The position numbers were made by a program, and so were the translations under genes. Shown in pieces: positions 1-7,924 of a stretch of DNA of 42,670 nucleotides (its first letter is position 1; each line of letters opens with the position of its first letter). Source of the DNA: a virus (taxonomy: Duplodnaviria > Caudoviricetes); the IMG/VR virus record IMGVR_UViG_3300020120_000128, positions 1 through 42,670 of that record; one strand, written 5' to 3'. The notes under the pieces are model-generated. The model searched no databases, was not told the origin of the DNA, and saw nothing but the letters and a program-made list of their open reading frames with translations.

Positions 1-1075
1 CGCGCTTCATGGCGTCGCAGTGCTGGATTGGCATCATGTTCTTCAGTTGGAGGGCGTGGGCGATGTAGAGGATGTCGGTGATGGGGTCATACATTCCCAG
101 CACCGCGCCGAAAGGGTGACTAAATTTTCGGCTGGAGCCACCCATTCCTCCAAAGTCAATGCCCCAACCCAGGCGCCAGTGGCCCAGCGGTTCAGTGATT
201 GGAGGAATTTCGATTGACTCTCGCATGATCGGGAAAATAGCCCCGGACCCCATGACGGGTCGGCCGGATCGGCGGGCTGCTTGCTCGTGGCTGGGGAAGC
301 TGGCGATGGCTCGGTCATAGGTCTCTCTTGTCAAATGGCTGTGGGGCTCAGCCAGGACATCATCCCCGGTCATGTTGACGAAGCCCTTGTCCTGGTCGTT
401 GGCGCGGGCAAAGGACTGGTAGAGTTCGGTCTCGCCTTGCAGCGGGGTGAAGGTAATCATCATCGATCCGCCGGTGGCCAACAGCCGTGCCTGGCACTCG
501 GTGTAGACCTTCATGTCATCCGGCTCTTCGTCGAGCCAGATGAAGCTCACCCCGTCGCCCTGGAACTTCTGCCAGCCCTGCTCATAGGATTTGAAAGCCA
601 ATGTGGAATACCCGCCCGATATATGCCGGACGGCGACAGAGGCGAACGCGCCGGTAGTGCCTCTTCCAAGAACTGGATCGGTTACGAAACAGCTTTTTGG
701 AATAAGCCCGGTGCCCAGCGTCTCCGGGGTGTTCGGCTTTCCGCACAGCTTCAACTGGTTGATCCCCATGGTCTTGTCGGCGGTCAGCCCGCACGCCCAT
801 GCCAGTATCGGTTCCTGAAAGCGTAGCCCGGTCCACCATGACGGATATATCCCTGTTACGTGGCAGGCCACCTCATAGGCGCCTGCATCCGATTTTCCCA
901 GCTGGTTGCCTGCGTTGAACATCCGCTCGCGCTTGGTCGCGCCCAGATCGAAGAAGTCTTTCTGCTTAGCGTAGGGCTGGAACTGCTGGAGCTTGTTGTG
1001 TTTCTTGATATCGACCGCGGCTTCGAGCGTGCGCAGCAGTTGCGCAATGCGGTCGGCCTGGTTGTCACCAGTCAC
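1..1075 (-). CDS. terL: Terminase large subunit, P22 gp2-like (3' end truncated by window edge)
   Basis: Not in the ORF track because it is open to the window edge. Manual translation from GTG at 1075: ERMFNAGNQLGKS (Walker A), FKSYEQGWQKFQG, FIWLDEEP (Walker B), MITFTPLQG (motif III), WGIDFGG...HPFGAV (start of nuclease domain). Overlaps the terS stop. Confidence 0.93.
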   Translation of the reverse strand, partial: MTGDNQADRIAQLLRTLEAAVDIKKHNKLQQFQPYAKQKDFFDLGATKRERMFNAGNQLGKSDAGAYEVACHVTGIYPSWWTGLRFQEPILAWACGLTADKTMGINQLKLCGKPNTPETLGTGLIPKSCFVTDPVLGRGTTGAFASVAVRHISGGYSTLAFKSYEQGWQKFQGDGVSFIWLDEEPDDMKVYTECQARLLATGGSMMITFTPLQGETELYQSFARANDQDKGFVNMTGDDVLAEPHSHLTRETYDRAIASFPSHEQAARRSGRPVMGSGAIFPIMRESIEIPPITEPLGHWRLGWGIDFGGMGGSSRKFSHPFGAVLGMYDPITDILYIAHALQLKNMMPIQHCDAMKR

Positions 1076-1592
1076 TGCTGTCAACTTCCGGCTCTTTCAC
1101 TTCGGTAAACTCGGCGTCGACGATCCCGGCCGAGGCGATCAACTGCTTGGGGTCCAGGCCCAGCGCCGTGGCCATCTCCTTGATCTGGCGCATCTGGTCC
1201 TTGGTGTCCGGGTTGATATGCTCGACCACGATCCGCTGCTCCGCTGTGAACCCGTTGATCGCTGCCAGCTCCTTGGCCGCCCGGAACTGGTCCTTATGCC
1301 CCGGCGTCTGCGCCAGTTCAAGCATGACGTTGACCCCGACCAGCGCCGCCCCGGATAGCCGTTTGGTGGCCTCCTCGCGCAATGCGGCCAGGATGCGTTC
1401 GTCGCGCATCAGTTCGTTGCCGTAGTTGGGGTGCATGCCAACGCTGGCCGCGGCCTTCTTGGCGGCGCGCGGGTTGACCCCTTCCTGCATCACCGCAACC
1501 ACGAAAGCGTGCTGCTTGTCGGTCAGGGCGCGCATGGCCTTGCCGTCGTACCGGCGGTGCTCCGGGGTCAGTTCTACGATGTCGTTGGCCAT
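1065..1592 (-). CDS. terS: Terminase small subunit
   Basis: Immediately upstream of terL; LTDKQHAFVVAV...AAASVG HTH-like N-terminus typical of TerS; 175 aa; ends in VDSSDW. Confidence 0.8.
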   Translation of the reverse strand: MANDIVELTPEHRRYDGKAMRALTDKQHAFVVAVMQEGVNPRAAKKAAASVGMHPNYGNELMRDERILAALREEATKRLSGAALVGVNVMLELAQTPGHKDQFRAAKELAAINGFTAEQRIVVEHINPDTKDQMRQIKEMATALGLDPKQLIASAGIVDAEFTEVKEPEVDSSDW

Positions 1593-1596
1593 GGAC

Positions 1597-1785
1597 TTAC
1601 GGCTGGTACTCTATCACCAGTGTCATCCGCTGGTACCCGTCCTCAAGGTCTACAGTCTCAATCGAGAATAGCCGCGGGTTTTCAGGGTCTAGCTCTTCCA
1701 TGGCTTCGTTGGCGGCGCTTGCCCGCTCCTGAAAGGCCTCGTCGGTCTCGCCCGGCTCCCGCTCGAAATGAAACTTGAACGCCAT
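1597..1785 (-). CDS. Small acidic hypothetical protein, first gene of the leftward unit
   Basis: 62-aa ORF with AAAGGAGA ribosome-binding site, directly downstream of a predicted promoter. Confidence 0.7.
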   Translation of the reverse strand: MAFKFHFEREPGETDEAFQERASAANEAMEELDPENPRLFSIETVDLEDGYQRMTLVIEYQP

Positions 1786-1811
1786 TGTAGGTCTCCTTTG
1801 GCCATGGGCGC

Positions 1812-1841
1812 ATTGTAGCTTTCACCGGAAAGGGCTGTCAA
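1812..1841 (-). promoter_or_regulatory. Sigma70-type promoter for the packaging/late unit
   Basis: Minus strand TTGACA-N18-TACAAT, about 25 nt upstream of the ORF starting at 1785. Confidence 0.7.
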
Positions 1842-2103
1842 CTGTTTTGGGCACCACTGTCCGGCCGGCAGATAAACGGCAGTGCAGCGACAGTTATCCC
1901 CTAGGCCCGCACCAGTTACCCGGCCGGGTCAGCACCACTCAATTACCCCCTTAGAATTTTCAATTTTGCGCCGGATATACACTTTGATGGCAATAGAGCA
2001 GCAGCGCTCGATCTCGGGCCCGCCCCGCCACCCACCCCCTGTCTAATGAGAGTCATTATCAAGAGAACACAATCTCTACCAATGCAGTTGAGATAGAGCT
2101 AAT

Positions 2104-2305
2104 GCTATTGCGAATGTCATTAGCAATAGCAGGGTGAACCGCTGCCTGGCATGAGCTGGTCCGATGCTGCACCCCTGTTGCGAGTGGTGTCGCAATAGCA
2201 GGTGATATGTCGTGTTGCGATACATCGATGAATTTTGCCTTAAAGGGAGGCAGGGAGAGGCAGATAGGGCAAGAGACAGGCCTTATTGCGACGGTATTCG
2301 CAACA
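2104..2305. repeat. Cluster of TRTTGCGA-N6/7-T(C/A)GCAAYA inverted repeats
   Basis: GCTATTGCGA-N7-TAGCAATAGC (2104-2130), CTGTTGCGA-N6-TCGCAATAG (2175-2198), half site TGTTGCGA (2213-2220), TATTGCGA-N6-TCGCAACA (2284-2305). Confidence 0.7.
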
Positions 2306-2320
2306 GGGTCAAATAAAAGG

Positions 2321-2349
2321 TTGACAGGGGGATAATTGAGCGTTAGCTA
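2321..2349 (+). promoter_or_regulatory. Early sigma70-type promoter
   Basis: A-rich upstream segment (AAATAAAAGG), then TTGACA-N17-TAGCTA, about 30 nt before the first early gene. Confidence 0.7.
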
Positions 2350-2380
2350 TGCTTCGCATTAAGCAATAAGGGACAGCATC

Positions 2381-2671
2381 ATGATCAGGCATTTCCAGAG
2401 CATCAGCACCGAGTACAGAGGCGCTACCGACTCCCTGCCTTCACGCATCATCGCCCGCACCTCTGGCGGCGCGCGTAAGACGGTGAACTGGAATCATGCC
2501 ATCGGCACTGATGAGAACCATATGGCCGCAGCTCGCACCATAGCTGAAATCATAGGCTGGAACGGCACTTTCGTCATGGGCGCCACGCCGACTGGCGCCG
2601 TGTTCGTGCTGGCGGAAAGCAATGGCCAGGAGGCTGAAGGTTTCACGCTCATCAATTCAGTGCCTGCATGA
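2381..2671 (+). CDS. Early hypothetical protein
   Basis: 96 aa, AAGGGA RBS; STEYRGATDSLPSRIIART resembles a recurrent small phage early-protein family. Confidence 0.75.
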   Translation: MIRHFQSISTEYRGATDSLPSRIIARTSGGARKTVNWNHAIGTDENHMAAARTIAEIIGWNGTFVMGATPTGAVFVLAESNGQEAEGFTLINSVPA

Positions 2672-2853
2672 TCAAGCGGCTGCTCGCATCAGCTCGCGCC
2701 TTGCCCTCTTGGCAAGCATGGGCCGTGCTGGCAGTCTTCATCTTCACCGCACTGGGGGCGATGGCCTTGCTCTGGCTCTTCACCCGCTACAACCAAAGGA
2801 GGAAAACCCGATGTTCAGAGCCTTCACTACCTTCATGGTCCTGGTTGCCGTGA
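2668..2853 (+). CDS. Small membrane protein
   Basis: ATGA overlap with the upstream gene; one hydrophobic segment (WAVLAVFIFTALGAMALLWLF) followed by basic residues. Confidence 0.6.
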   Translation: MIKRLLASARALPSWQAWAVLAVFIFTALGAMALLWLFTRYNQRRKTRCSEPSLPSWSWLP

Positions 2854-2939
2854 TCACGCTCGCGCAAGCGATGCTCCAGCCGCTAGGCATCGACCTGATC
2901 GGCAGCGCCTGGGCCATGGCGCAAGAGGTGACCCGATGA
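2811..2939 (+). CDS. Small membrane protein (42 aa)
   Basis: Strong AAGGAGG RBS before ATG 2811; MFRAFTTFMVLVAVITLAQAMLQPLGIDLIGSAWAMAQEVTR. Confidence 0.65.
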   Translation: MFRAFTTFMVLVAVITLAQAMLQPLGIDLIGSAWAMAQEVTR

Positions 2940-3076
2940 GGTTCCTCCCCGCTGCCTTGCTGCTCATCGCCCTATGGGTAGTGATTGCCTTGATGCTGAT
3001 CGATATCCACTATGAAACCAAGGCAGTATGCGGTGACGATACCGCCTGCCAGATACGAGAGGAAAGCCCACAATGA
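2936..3076 (+). CDS. Small membrane protein (46 aa)
   Basis: Below the ORF-track cutoff; ATGA-coupled at both ends; GAGGTG RBS; MRFLPAALLLIALWVVIALMLIDIHYETKAVCGDDTACQIREESPQ. Confidence 0.65.
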   Translation: MRFLPAALLLIALWVVIALMLIDIHYETKAVCGDDTACQIREESPQ

Positions 3077-3261
3077 CCTACGGCGACAAGCGCAACTATA
3101 AGCCAATCCGCCTATACGTATTCAGCGAAGCCCTCAAAACATGGCAATATGTAAGCACAACGACACGGAGCCGCACTTGTCGGGAGGCGGCTGACAAGCT
3201 GGCCGGACTGCATCCTAATCTCACCCGCTCCAATATCCGGGGCTACTTCGCCAAAGACTGA
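3073..3261 (+). CDS. Early hypothetical protein
   Basis: 62 aa, GAGG RBS, ATGA-coupled. Confidence 0.7.
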   Translation: MTYGDKRNYKPIRLYVFSEALKTWQYVSTTTRSRTCREAADKLAGLHPNLTRSNIRGYFAKD

Positions 3262-3264
3262 ATA

Positions 3265-3324
3265 AGCGAAACGCCTGCAAAGGCGTCCGGCACGACTGCC
3301 CGCTTGCCGCTGATGAGCTAGGGC
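3265..3324 (+). ncRNA. Hammerhead ribozyme, type II permutation
   Basis: AGC-GAAA(3268-3271)-CGCCT-GCAA-AGGCG-TC(cleavage after 3287)-CGGCA-loop-TGCCG-CTGATGA(3310-3316)-GCT. Complete catalytic core, stems I and III of 5 bp, stem II of 3 bp, possible pseudoknot GCCC(3298-3301)/GGGC(3321-3324); fully intergenic. Confidence 0.9.
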
Positions 3325-3343
3325 CATACTGAAGGGGAATACT

Positions 3344-3823
3344 ATGACCTATCCTGATCCAGCGCCGCCTGTATCATCTAAATACGGGGCGCCGATGGGC
3401 CGAAGTAGCCAAGGCAATGACTTTGACATCCTCAAACCCCTGTCTATGCAGCGCCTGCGTCTCGATAGCGGCGGCTATGACAAGGGCGGCGCTTACTGGG
3501 GCCATGGCGAGCCGATTTACTGCATCCAGGATGCTGAAGGTGGCTTCTACTACACCATGCGCGCCCGCAGCCGCGACACCGTCAAGGCCGCGTTCCGGGA
3601 GGAATACCCCGATGCTTGGTTCCATGGTGAGCGCAACCCACGCGGCGCCGGCCCATTGGAGGTCATCGTCGCCTTGATCAGCCCGGACGATAGCGGCCCT
3701 CCTACCTATTCCCGCCTGACCCATCTTGACCGCTGGCAGTGGAGCCGGCGCACGGCAATGAAACATGCGCGGGAGTTCAAGGCCCAGCATATGCGGGATG
3801 CCTGGGCGCAGCCTGTAGAGTGA
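3344..3823 (+). CDS. Early hypothetical phage protein
   Basis: 159 aa, AAGGGG RBS; YGAPMGR and GGYDKGGAYWG motifs look like a conserved phage family of unknown function. Confidence 0.8.
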   Translation: MTYPDPAPPVSSKYGAPMGRSSQGNDFDILKPLSMQRLRLDSGGYDKGGAYWGHGEPIYCIQDAEGGFYYTMRARSRDTVKAAFREEYPDAWFHGERNPRGAGPLEVIVALISPDDSGPPTYSRLTHLDRWQWSRRTAMKHAREFKAQHMRDAWAQPVE

Positions 3824-3835
3824 ACCCCGCCCCGC

Positions 3836-3895
3836 TTGCCGCCGATTGAACCGCCGCTGAACTGTGGCCATTCGATCGGCGGCAATTTTCTTTTC
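3836..3895 (+). terminator. Rho-independent terminator
   Basis: 15-bp stem TTGCCGCCGATTGAA / TTCGATCGGCGGCAA (one G-U pair) followed by TTTTCTTTTC. Confidence 0.75.
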
Positions 3896-3904
3896 ACCCT
3901 GCTC

Positions 3905-3933
3905 TTGACTTTCCTTCAAATTCATGATAATTA
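3905..3933 (+). promoter_or_regulatory. Sigma70-type promoter
   Basis: TTGACT-N17-TAATTA in an AT-rich gap immediately after the terminator. Confidence 0.6.
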
Positions 3934-4045
3934 TCCGTTCACGCTTCGCTAGTGACGACCAGTCCCATCTGGTGAGGCTGGCCGCACATAGAGAAGAACA
4001 ACGGATTTAGAGGCCGTTATAGCTGCACTGTGGAGGACATATATC

Positions 4046-4531
4046 ATGCGTTTTGAACACCTATCACGCGCAGAACAGCGCTATGAGGTCGAGGGCGCCC
4101 TTCCCAAGGTACTGGCCGAGATTGACCGCACCGCCCCAACAGTGGTGGTCGTCGGGCGGGTGGCTAGGCTGCTGGGGGCCGATCCTGCCTTCATCACCGG
4201 GCTGGTGATGTCGATCGCCAAGGAGGGCCACCCCTGCGCCAAACAGGACGGTGAGACATTCAAGCGCTACGGCAAGACCATGAAGCGGTGGACGTGGCGG
4301 CCCTTGGCCCCTGTCGCATCTGCTCCCGTGGCGGTGGTGCCTCAGCCAGTAGCCGACCCCTATGCGCCCCTGGCTGGCAAGTATGCCGCCCTGAGCTATG
4401 AGGAACTGGAGACTGTCATGGATGAGGTCGAAGGCCCCGAACTGGTCGAGGTCATGGCGGAACTGGCTAGACGCGACCAGGCCCCGCCCTTGGCCCCTGC
4501 CCTGCCTGACGTTGACACTGCGGACTGGTAG
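4046..4531 (+). CDS. Hypothetical protein ending in VDTADW
   Basis: 161 aa, GGAGGACA RBS. Confidence 0.75.
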   Translation: MRFEHLSRAEQRYEVEGALPKVLAEIDRTAPTVVVVGRVARLLGADPAFITGLVMSIAKEGHPCAKQDGETFKRYGKTMKRWTWRPLAPVASAPVAVVPQPVADPYAPLAGKYAALSYEELETVMDEVEGPELVEVMAELARRDQAPPLAPALPDVDTADW

Positions 4532-4540
4532 GGGTATTTC
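4512..4540 (+). promoter_or_regulatory. Possible promoter overlapping the end of the 4046 gene
   Basis: TTGACA-N17-TATTTC. Confidence 0.45.
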
Positions 4541-4565
4541 AATCTGAGTATCTGAGGAGGACAAG

Positions 4566-4805
4566 ATGGACCGAGACTTTTTGCGGCGAGTGGCAGTTGA
4601 GGCGGGCTATAAGGTCCGCCCCAGATCTTCCCACGGGGTTACGCCAGCTTACGACTGGGGGCCGAAAAGCCCTATGGACGGCCGACATTTTTCTACCGAA
4701 GCAGATGCGTGGGCGGACTTAGAAACCGCGATGCTGCGCCGCTTGGCCGACGCTCAGGAGCTGCTAGGAGCCGCAGCTAGAGTACTTCTTGAAGGTGCAT
4801 CATGA
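4566..4805 (+). CDS. Hypothetical protein
   Basis: 79 aa, GAGGAGG RBS. Confidence 0.75.
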   Translation: MDRDFLRRVAVEAGYKVRPRSSHGVTPAYDWGPKSPMDGRHFSTEADAWADLETAMLRRLADAQELLGAAARVLLEGAS

Positions 4806-5143
4806 CCAGCATTACAGCCGCCGATCTCAAGCTGGGCGGTAGACTTGTCACAGCTTGCGATGCCATAGCCTCCGGCCATCTGAACCGGGCCGCCGGGATC
4901 TTTGCCGAGGTGGCGGACGACCTCAACGCCGAAGCCACGACCAATGGCCTACTGGCCCCGGAAGAGGATGACTGGTCGGCGCCGATGCCCGCAGCCAAGC
5001 CTGCGCCGGTCAAGCAGGCGGCACCCGCCGATCTGCAAATGTGCGGCCGTGGGATCCATTCGTATGGCCCACCGGCTCCTGGTAGCGGCTGGCGCACCTG
5101 TGCATCTTGCGGCAATGTCAATGTGGCCCCGCCGGAAGGATAG
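4802..5143 (+). CDS. Hypothetical protein with C-terminal zinc-finger-like motif
   Basis: 113 aa, ATGA-coupled; CGRGIH...CASC at the C-terminus. Confidence 0.7.
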   Translation: MTSITAADLKLGGRLVTACDAIASGHLNRAAGIFAEVADDLNAEATTNGLLAPEEDDWSAPMPAAKPAPVKQAAPADLQMCGRGIHSYGPPAPGSGWRTCASCGNVNVAPPEG

Positions 5144-5147
5144 GATC

Positions 5148-5405
5148 ATGATCTATCTGAACTTCCAGAAAGTGCGCGGCAGACCGCCCCGCTATGACTA
5201 CCAAGGGCCGCACGGCGTAGGCTATTGCGGCCGGAAGGGCGCTCAATGGGAAGCCGGCTTCATGGTAGCGGCCGATAGCGATATCATTACGGCACAACGC
5301 AAGACCGCGCATGGCGCTGTCCGGGCCTTGGCCGCCGAACTCGACAAGCGCTCGATCGCGCTGTTTGGCAGCGATGAAATCGTCAATGCAGGGGTGATGC
5401 CATGA
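5148..5405 (+). CDS. Hypothetical protein
   Basis: Start reassigned to ATG 5148 (MIYLNFQK...), 4 nt after the upstream stop, with AGGA RBS. Confidence 0.65.
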   Translation: MIYLNFQKVRGRPPRYDYQGPHGVGYCGRKGAQWEAGFMVAADSDIITAQRKTAHGAVRALAAELDKRSIALFGSDEIVNAGVMP

Positions 5406-5551
5406 CCGAGAGAGAACGCCTTGCTCTTGAAAACATAAAAGCAGCCGGGGTTCGGCTTAATGACCGCGGCTGCTGGGGGAACCAGAGGCTGGATAGCCTG
5501 TATCGCCTGCACGACATCCTTACTCTCCACGGGTTCAAATATCATGGGTGA
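5402..5551 (+). CDS. Small hypothetical protein (49 aa)
   Basis: Below the ORF-track cutoff; ATGA-coupled; MTERERLALENIKAAGVRLNDRGCWGNQRLDSLYRLHDILTLHGFKYHG fills the gap exactly. Confidence 0.55.
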   Translation: MTERERLALENIKAAGVRLNDRGCWGNQRLDSLYRLHDILTLHGFKYHG

Positions 5552-5966
5552 GGCTGTCCCTGACCGGCTGCGCGAGCAGGTCGCCGAGCTGTTGCGGGGC
5601 CAGTGGTGGGTCCGTGCTCTGCTGCTCACCGAAGCGGATCCGGTGCTCGGGCTGGTGCTGCGCGCCGCCACGGCCAAGCCTACGCTGTCGCCGCCCTGGT
5701 TTGGCCCTTCGGCGATCATCGACGACAAGGGCATCGTCCTGACCAACACGGTCGACGCCCAGAACAAGCGGCATTTCGCCACCGCGATCTGCCATATCGA
5801 CGACCTGGTGAGCAACCTGCGCCAGCTCTGCGACTGGCTGCAATTGCCCGACGCCCACGCGCATGCGCTGTTCGCCATGGTCAGGCAATGGATTGTCTCG
5901 GACGCCCGGCCCGAAACCGAGCAGGCCGAAGACCGGGTGCCAATCGAGTATCGCCGGCTGAATTAG
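5544..5966 (+). CDS. Hypothetical protein
   Basis: Start reassigned to ATG 5544 (MGEAVPDRL...), overlapping the upstream stop; phage-like GC-rich third codon positions. Confidence 0.65.
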   Translation: MGEAVPDRLREQVAELLRGQWWVRALLLTEADPVLGLVLRAATAKPTLSPPWFGPSAIIDDKGIVLTNTVDAQNKRHFATAICHIDDLVSNLRQLCDWLQLPDAHAHALFAMVRQWIVSDARPETEQAEDRVPIEYRRLN

Positions 5967-5970
5967 CAGC

Positions 5971-5999
5971 TTGACAGGTTTTTGAGGGGGTGATAACCC
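5971..5999 (+). promoter_or_regulatory. Promoter with overlapping palindrome and no downstream ORF
   Basis: TTGACA-N17-TAACCC; near-perfect palindrome AGGGGGTGATAACCCCCT (5985-6002) lies over the -10 box. Confidence 0.5.
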
Positions 6000-6026
6000 C
6001 CTGACTGCACTGCCCAGTGCCTATTT

Positions 6027-6066
6027 GAAACGGTCGCCATGTCCCCTCTGGCGGCCGTTTCTTTTT
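6027..6066 (+). terminator. Terminator hairpin between convergent units
   Basis: GAAACGGTCGCCA-loop-TGGCGGCCGTTTC followed by TTTTT; lies at the early-gene/primase convergence. Confidence 0.75.
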
Positions 6067-7831
6067 ATGCGGGGAAGGACCAGCCGGCCTTCGAGACGAA
6101 GTGCTCCAGCCGGCCCTTGCCGAGCGAGTTGAGCTTGCGGGCGATGCGATCGATCTTGGCCTGCACCTCAGACTCCGGCTCGCCAATTTCAGCAATATAG
6201 AGCTTCGATGCCAGCACATGCACGCTAACCGCTGTGTCCGGGGTGTTCGCGTTGAGCCTGGCCAACGCCGTGCCGATGTTGCGGCTGCTGTATTCATCCT
6301 CGACGCGGGTGAGCGCGTGGTAGGCGCTGGCGGTGATGCCGCGCACCACCAGGCTATCGTCGTGCGGTAGCGCCTCATAGTAGAGCGCGTCGAACCTCTT
6401 GGCCGCTTTCATCTTGGCGCATTTCAACTGCAGCGCCATTACGTTCCAGTCGGCGGTGATCTCGAAGCCGAAGTCAGCCGCGGCGATCAGCGTATTCGAG
6501 CCGCGCGCGCCGCGCTCCATGTCCTTGCCCGAGTGGTGGATGGCGAGCACGGTGCAGCCAAACCCGCGCTTCAGCACTTCCATCTGCTTGACAAATTTCA
6601 TCACCTCCAGCGGGTCGTTCTCGCTCAGGCCCGCTTCGGCCATGGCGCGGGCGTAGGTATCGACGATCAGCAGCGCAATATCGGGCGCCCGCTTGCGCAT
6701 CTCCGCCACCGCTTCGTCCAGGTCATCCTCATTGGTGACATCGGGGAAATTTTCCATCAGGTGGAAGTGTGGCGGGTCTCTGGGGACGCCGTGATAGTCA
6801 CACCAGGCGTCGCAGCGGTTATGGACGATATCCTCGAAGCCTTCACCCGCGAAGAAGATCACGTCCCTTGGATTTCCAAGGGGCCCCCCAGCCATATCCC
6901 AGCCCAGCGCCACCCGCATCGCCATGTCGATGATGAGCCAGGTCTTGCCGTTCTCCGGCGGGCCATAGGCGATGCCAAAGCTGCGCGCGGGCATGATGCC
7001 GTGGAACAGGAAGGTGGGCTTGGGCCGCGCTCGCGCTTCCGCCAATGACCACAGCCGGAAGCGGCTCTGCTTCTCAGGGATATCGGGGGCCACAAAGGCA
7101 ACACCCTCGAAGCGCGTCTTGGGGTCGAAGTCAAAGGCCTGGGCTCCTTCTTCGTTTTGCCCGTACCGATAGGCGTTATCGACAATGATTTGCAGTTCAT
7201 CGGCGTCCCAGGGCGGGAGGCAGCGCTCGTTCCAGCCATCGAGCATCAGGTCGAGCGCGCTGTCCGCGTCCACCCCGAGATCGCGCAGCGCCGCGGCGGT
7301 CTTGTAGGTCCATTCATTGCCGCCCTCGCCCTCGGTCGCCGGGCCGCGAATCGAGAGGTACATTAAAGCGCGGTTGGTTGGGTCTATCGCGGAAACCTGT
7401 GAAGCTTTCCGGTCTTTTTTGACGTTTAGCCCCGGCAGCACCCAGCCCGGCATGTCAGTGACGCGCCCTTCGGCGATCGGCACATAGCCCGCCGCCTCCC
7501 AGACCACATAGCCGCCTTCGGATCGCGTATCGACCTTGGTCCCGAGCTTCTGGACCGAGCTGGGGCCAAGTCCGGCATAGTACAGATGCTTGCCCCCTCT
7601 GGGGGTGCGCATGGTGTAGGTCGGCGGGAGATCCATACTGGCCGCTGTTGCTAGCCCTTCCTCACCGTCGATATCGATCACCATCAGCCCGCTGGCGCCG
7701 CAATCCACCGCCAGATCAAAGCCAGCATCACGCCAGGCCTCTATCTGCGCTGGATCGTTGCTCGAATGCAGGCGCCAGTCTCCCGGCAATGCTGGCAGCT
7801 TGCCTCTGGTTGGGAATAGCTTCCACGACAT
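6065..7831 (-). CDS. Bifunctional primase-polymerase (prim-pol) fused to PriCT-like and AAA_25/RepA-type helicase domains
   Basis: LMVIDIDG, TPRGGKHLYY and VDTRSEGGYVV (prim-pol); WNERCLPPW (PriCT-like); GPPENGKT (Walker A), LLIVDT (Walker B), IHHSGKD...RGSN (AAA_25). Confidence 0.92.
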   Translation of the reverse strand: MSWKLFPTRGKLPALPGDWRLHSSNDPAQIEAWRDAGFDLAVDCGASGLMVIDIDGEEGLATAASMDLPPTYTMRTPRGGKHLYYAGLGPSSVQKLGTKVDTRSEGGYVVWEAAGYVPIAEGRVTDMPGWVLPGLNVKKDRKASQVSAIDPTNRALMYLSIRGPATEGEGGNEWTYKTAAALRDLGVDADSALDLMLDGWNERCLPPWDADELQIIVDNAYRYGQNEEGAQAFDFDPKTRFEGVAFVAPDIPEKQSRFRLWSLAEARARPKPTFLFHGIMPARSFGIAYGPPENGKTWLIIDMAMRVALGWDMAGGPLGNPRDVIFFAGEGFEDIVHNRCDAWCDYHGVPRDPPHFHLMENFPDVTNEDDLDEAVAEMRKRAPDIALLIVDTYARAMAEAGLSENDPLEVMKFVKQMEVLKRGFGCTVLAIHHSGKDMERGARGSNTLIAAADFGFEITADWNVMALQLKCAKMKAAKRFDALYYEALPHDDSLVVRGITASAYHALTRVEDEYSSRNIGTALARLNANTPDTAVSVHVLASKLYIAEIGEPESEVQAKIDRIARKLNSLGKGRLEHFVSKAGWSFPA

Positions 7832-7840
7832 ATGCTGATT

Positions 7841-7920
7841 GGCCCCTCAGCCCCTTGACCCGCAAAGCGGGACATGCTTAGTGTCACACGTTGGTCATCT
7901 GGTCAACCGGCTGAGGGGCC
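7841..7920. promoter_or_regulatory. Symmetric divergent control element (20-bp inverted repeat)
   Basis: GGCCCCTCAGCCCCTTGACC (7841-7860) and GGTCAACCGGCTGAGGGGCC (7901-7920) are 18/20 complementary; each arm has an inward-pointing TTGACC and the GAGGGG RBS of the outward gene. Confidence 0.75.
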
Positions 7921-7924
7921 TTCC

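Noticed and set aside
43-1068. Short track ORFs at 43-318, 582-839 and 856-1068
   Set aside because: Alternate frames of terL, which is open from 1075 to the window edge.
1065-1084. The DW tail as a by-product of an embedded TTGACA promoter
   Set aside because: TTGACA occurs in only two of the six tails, and the terS copy has no -10 element at the right spacing.
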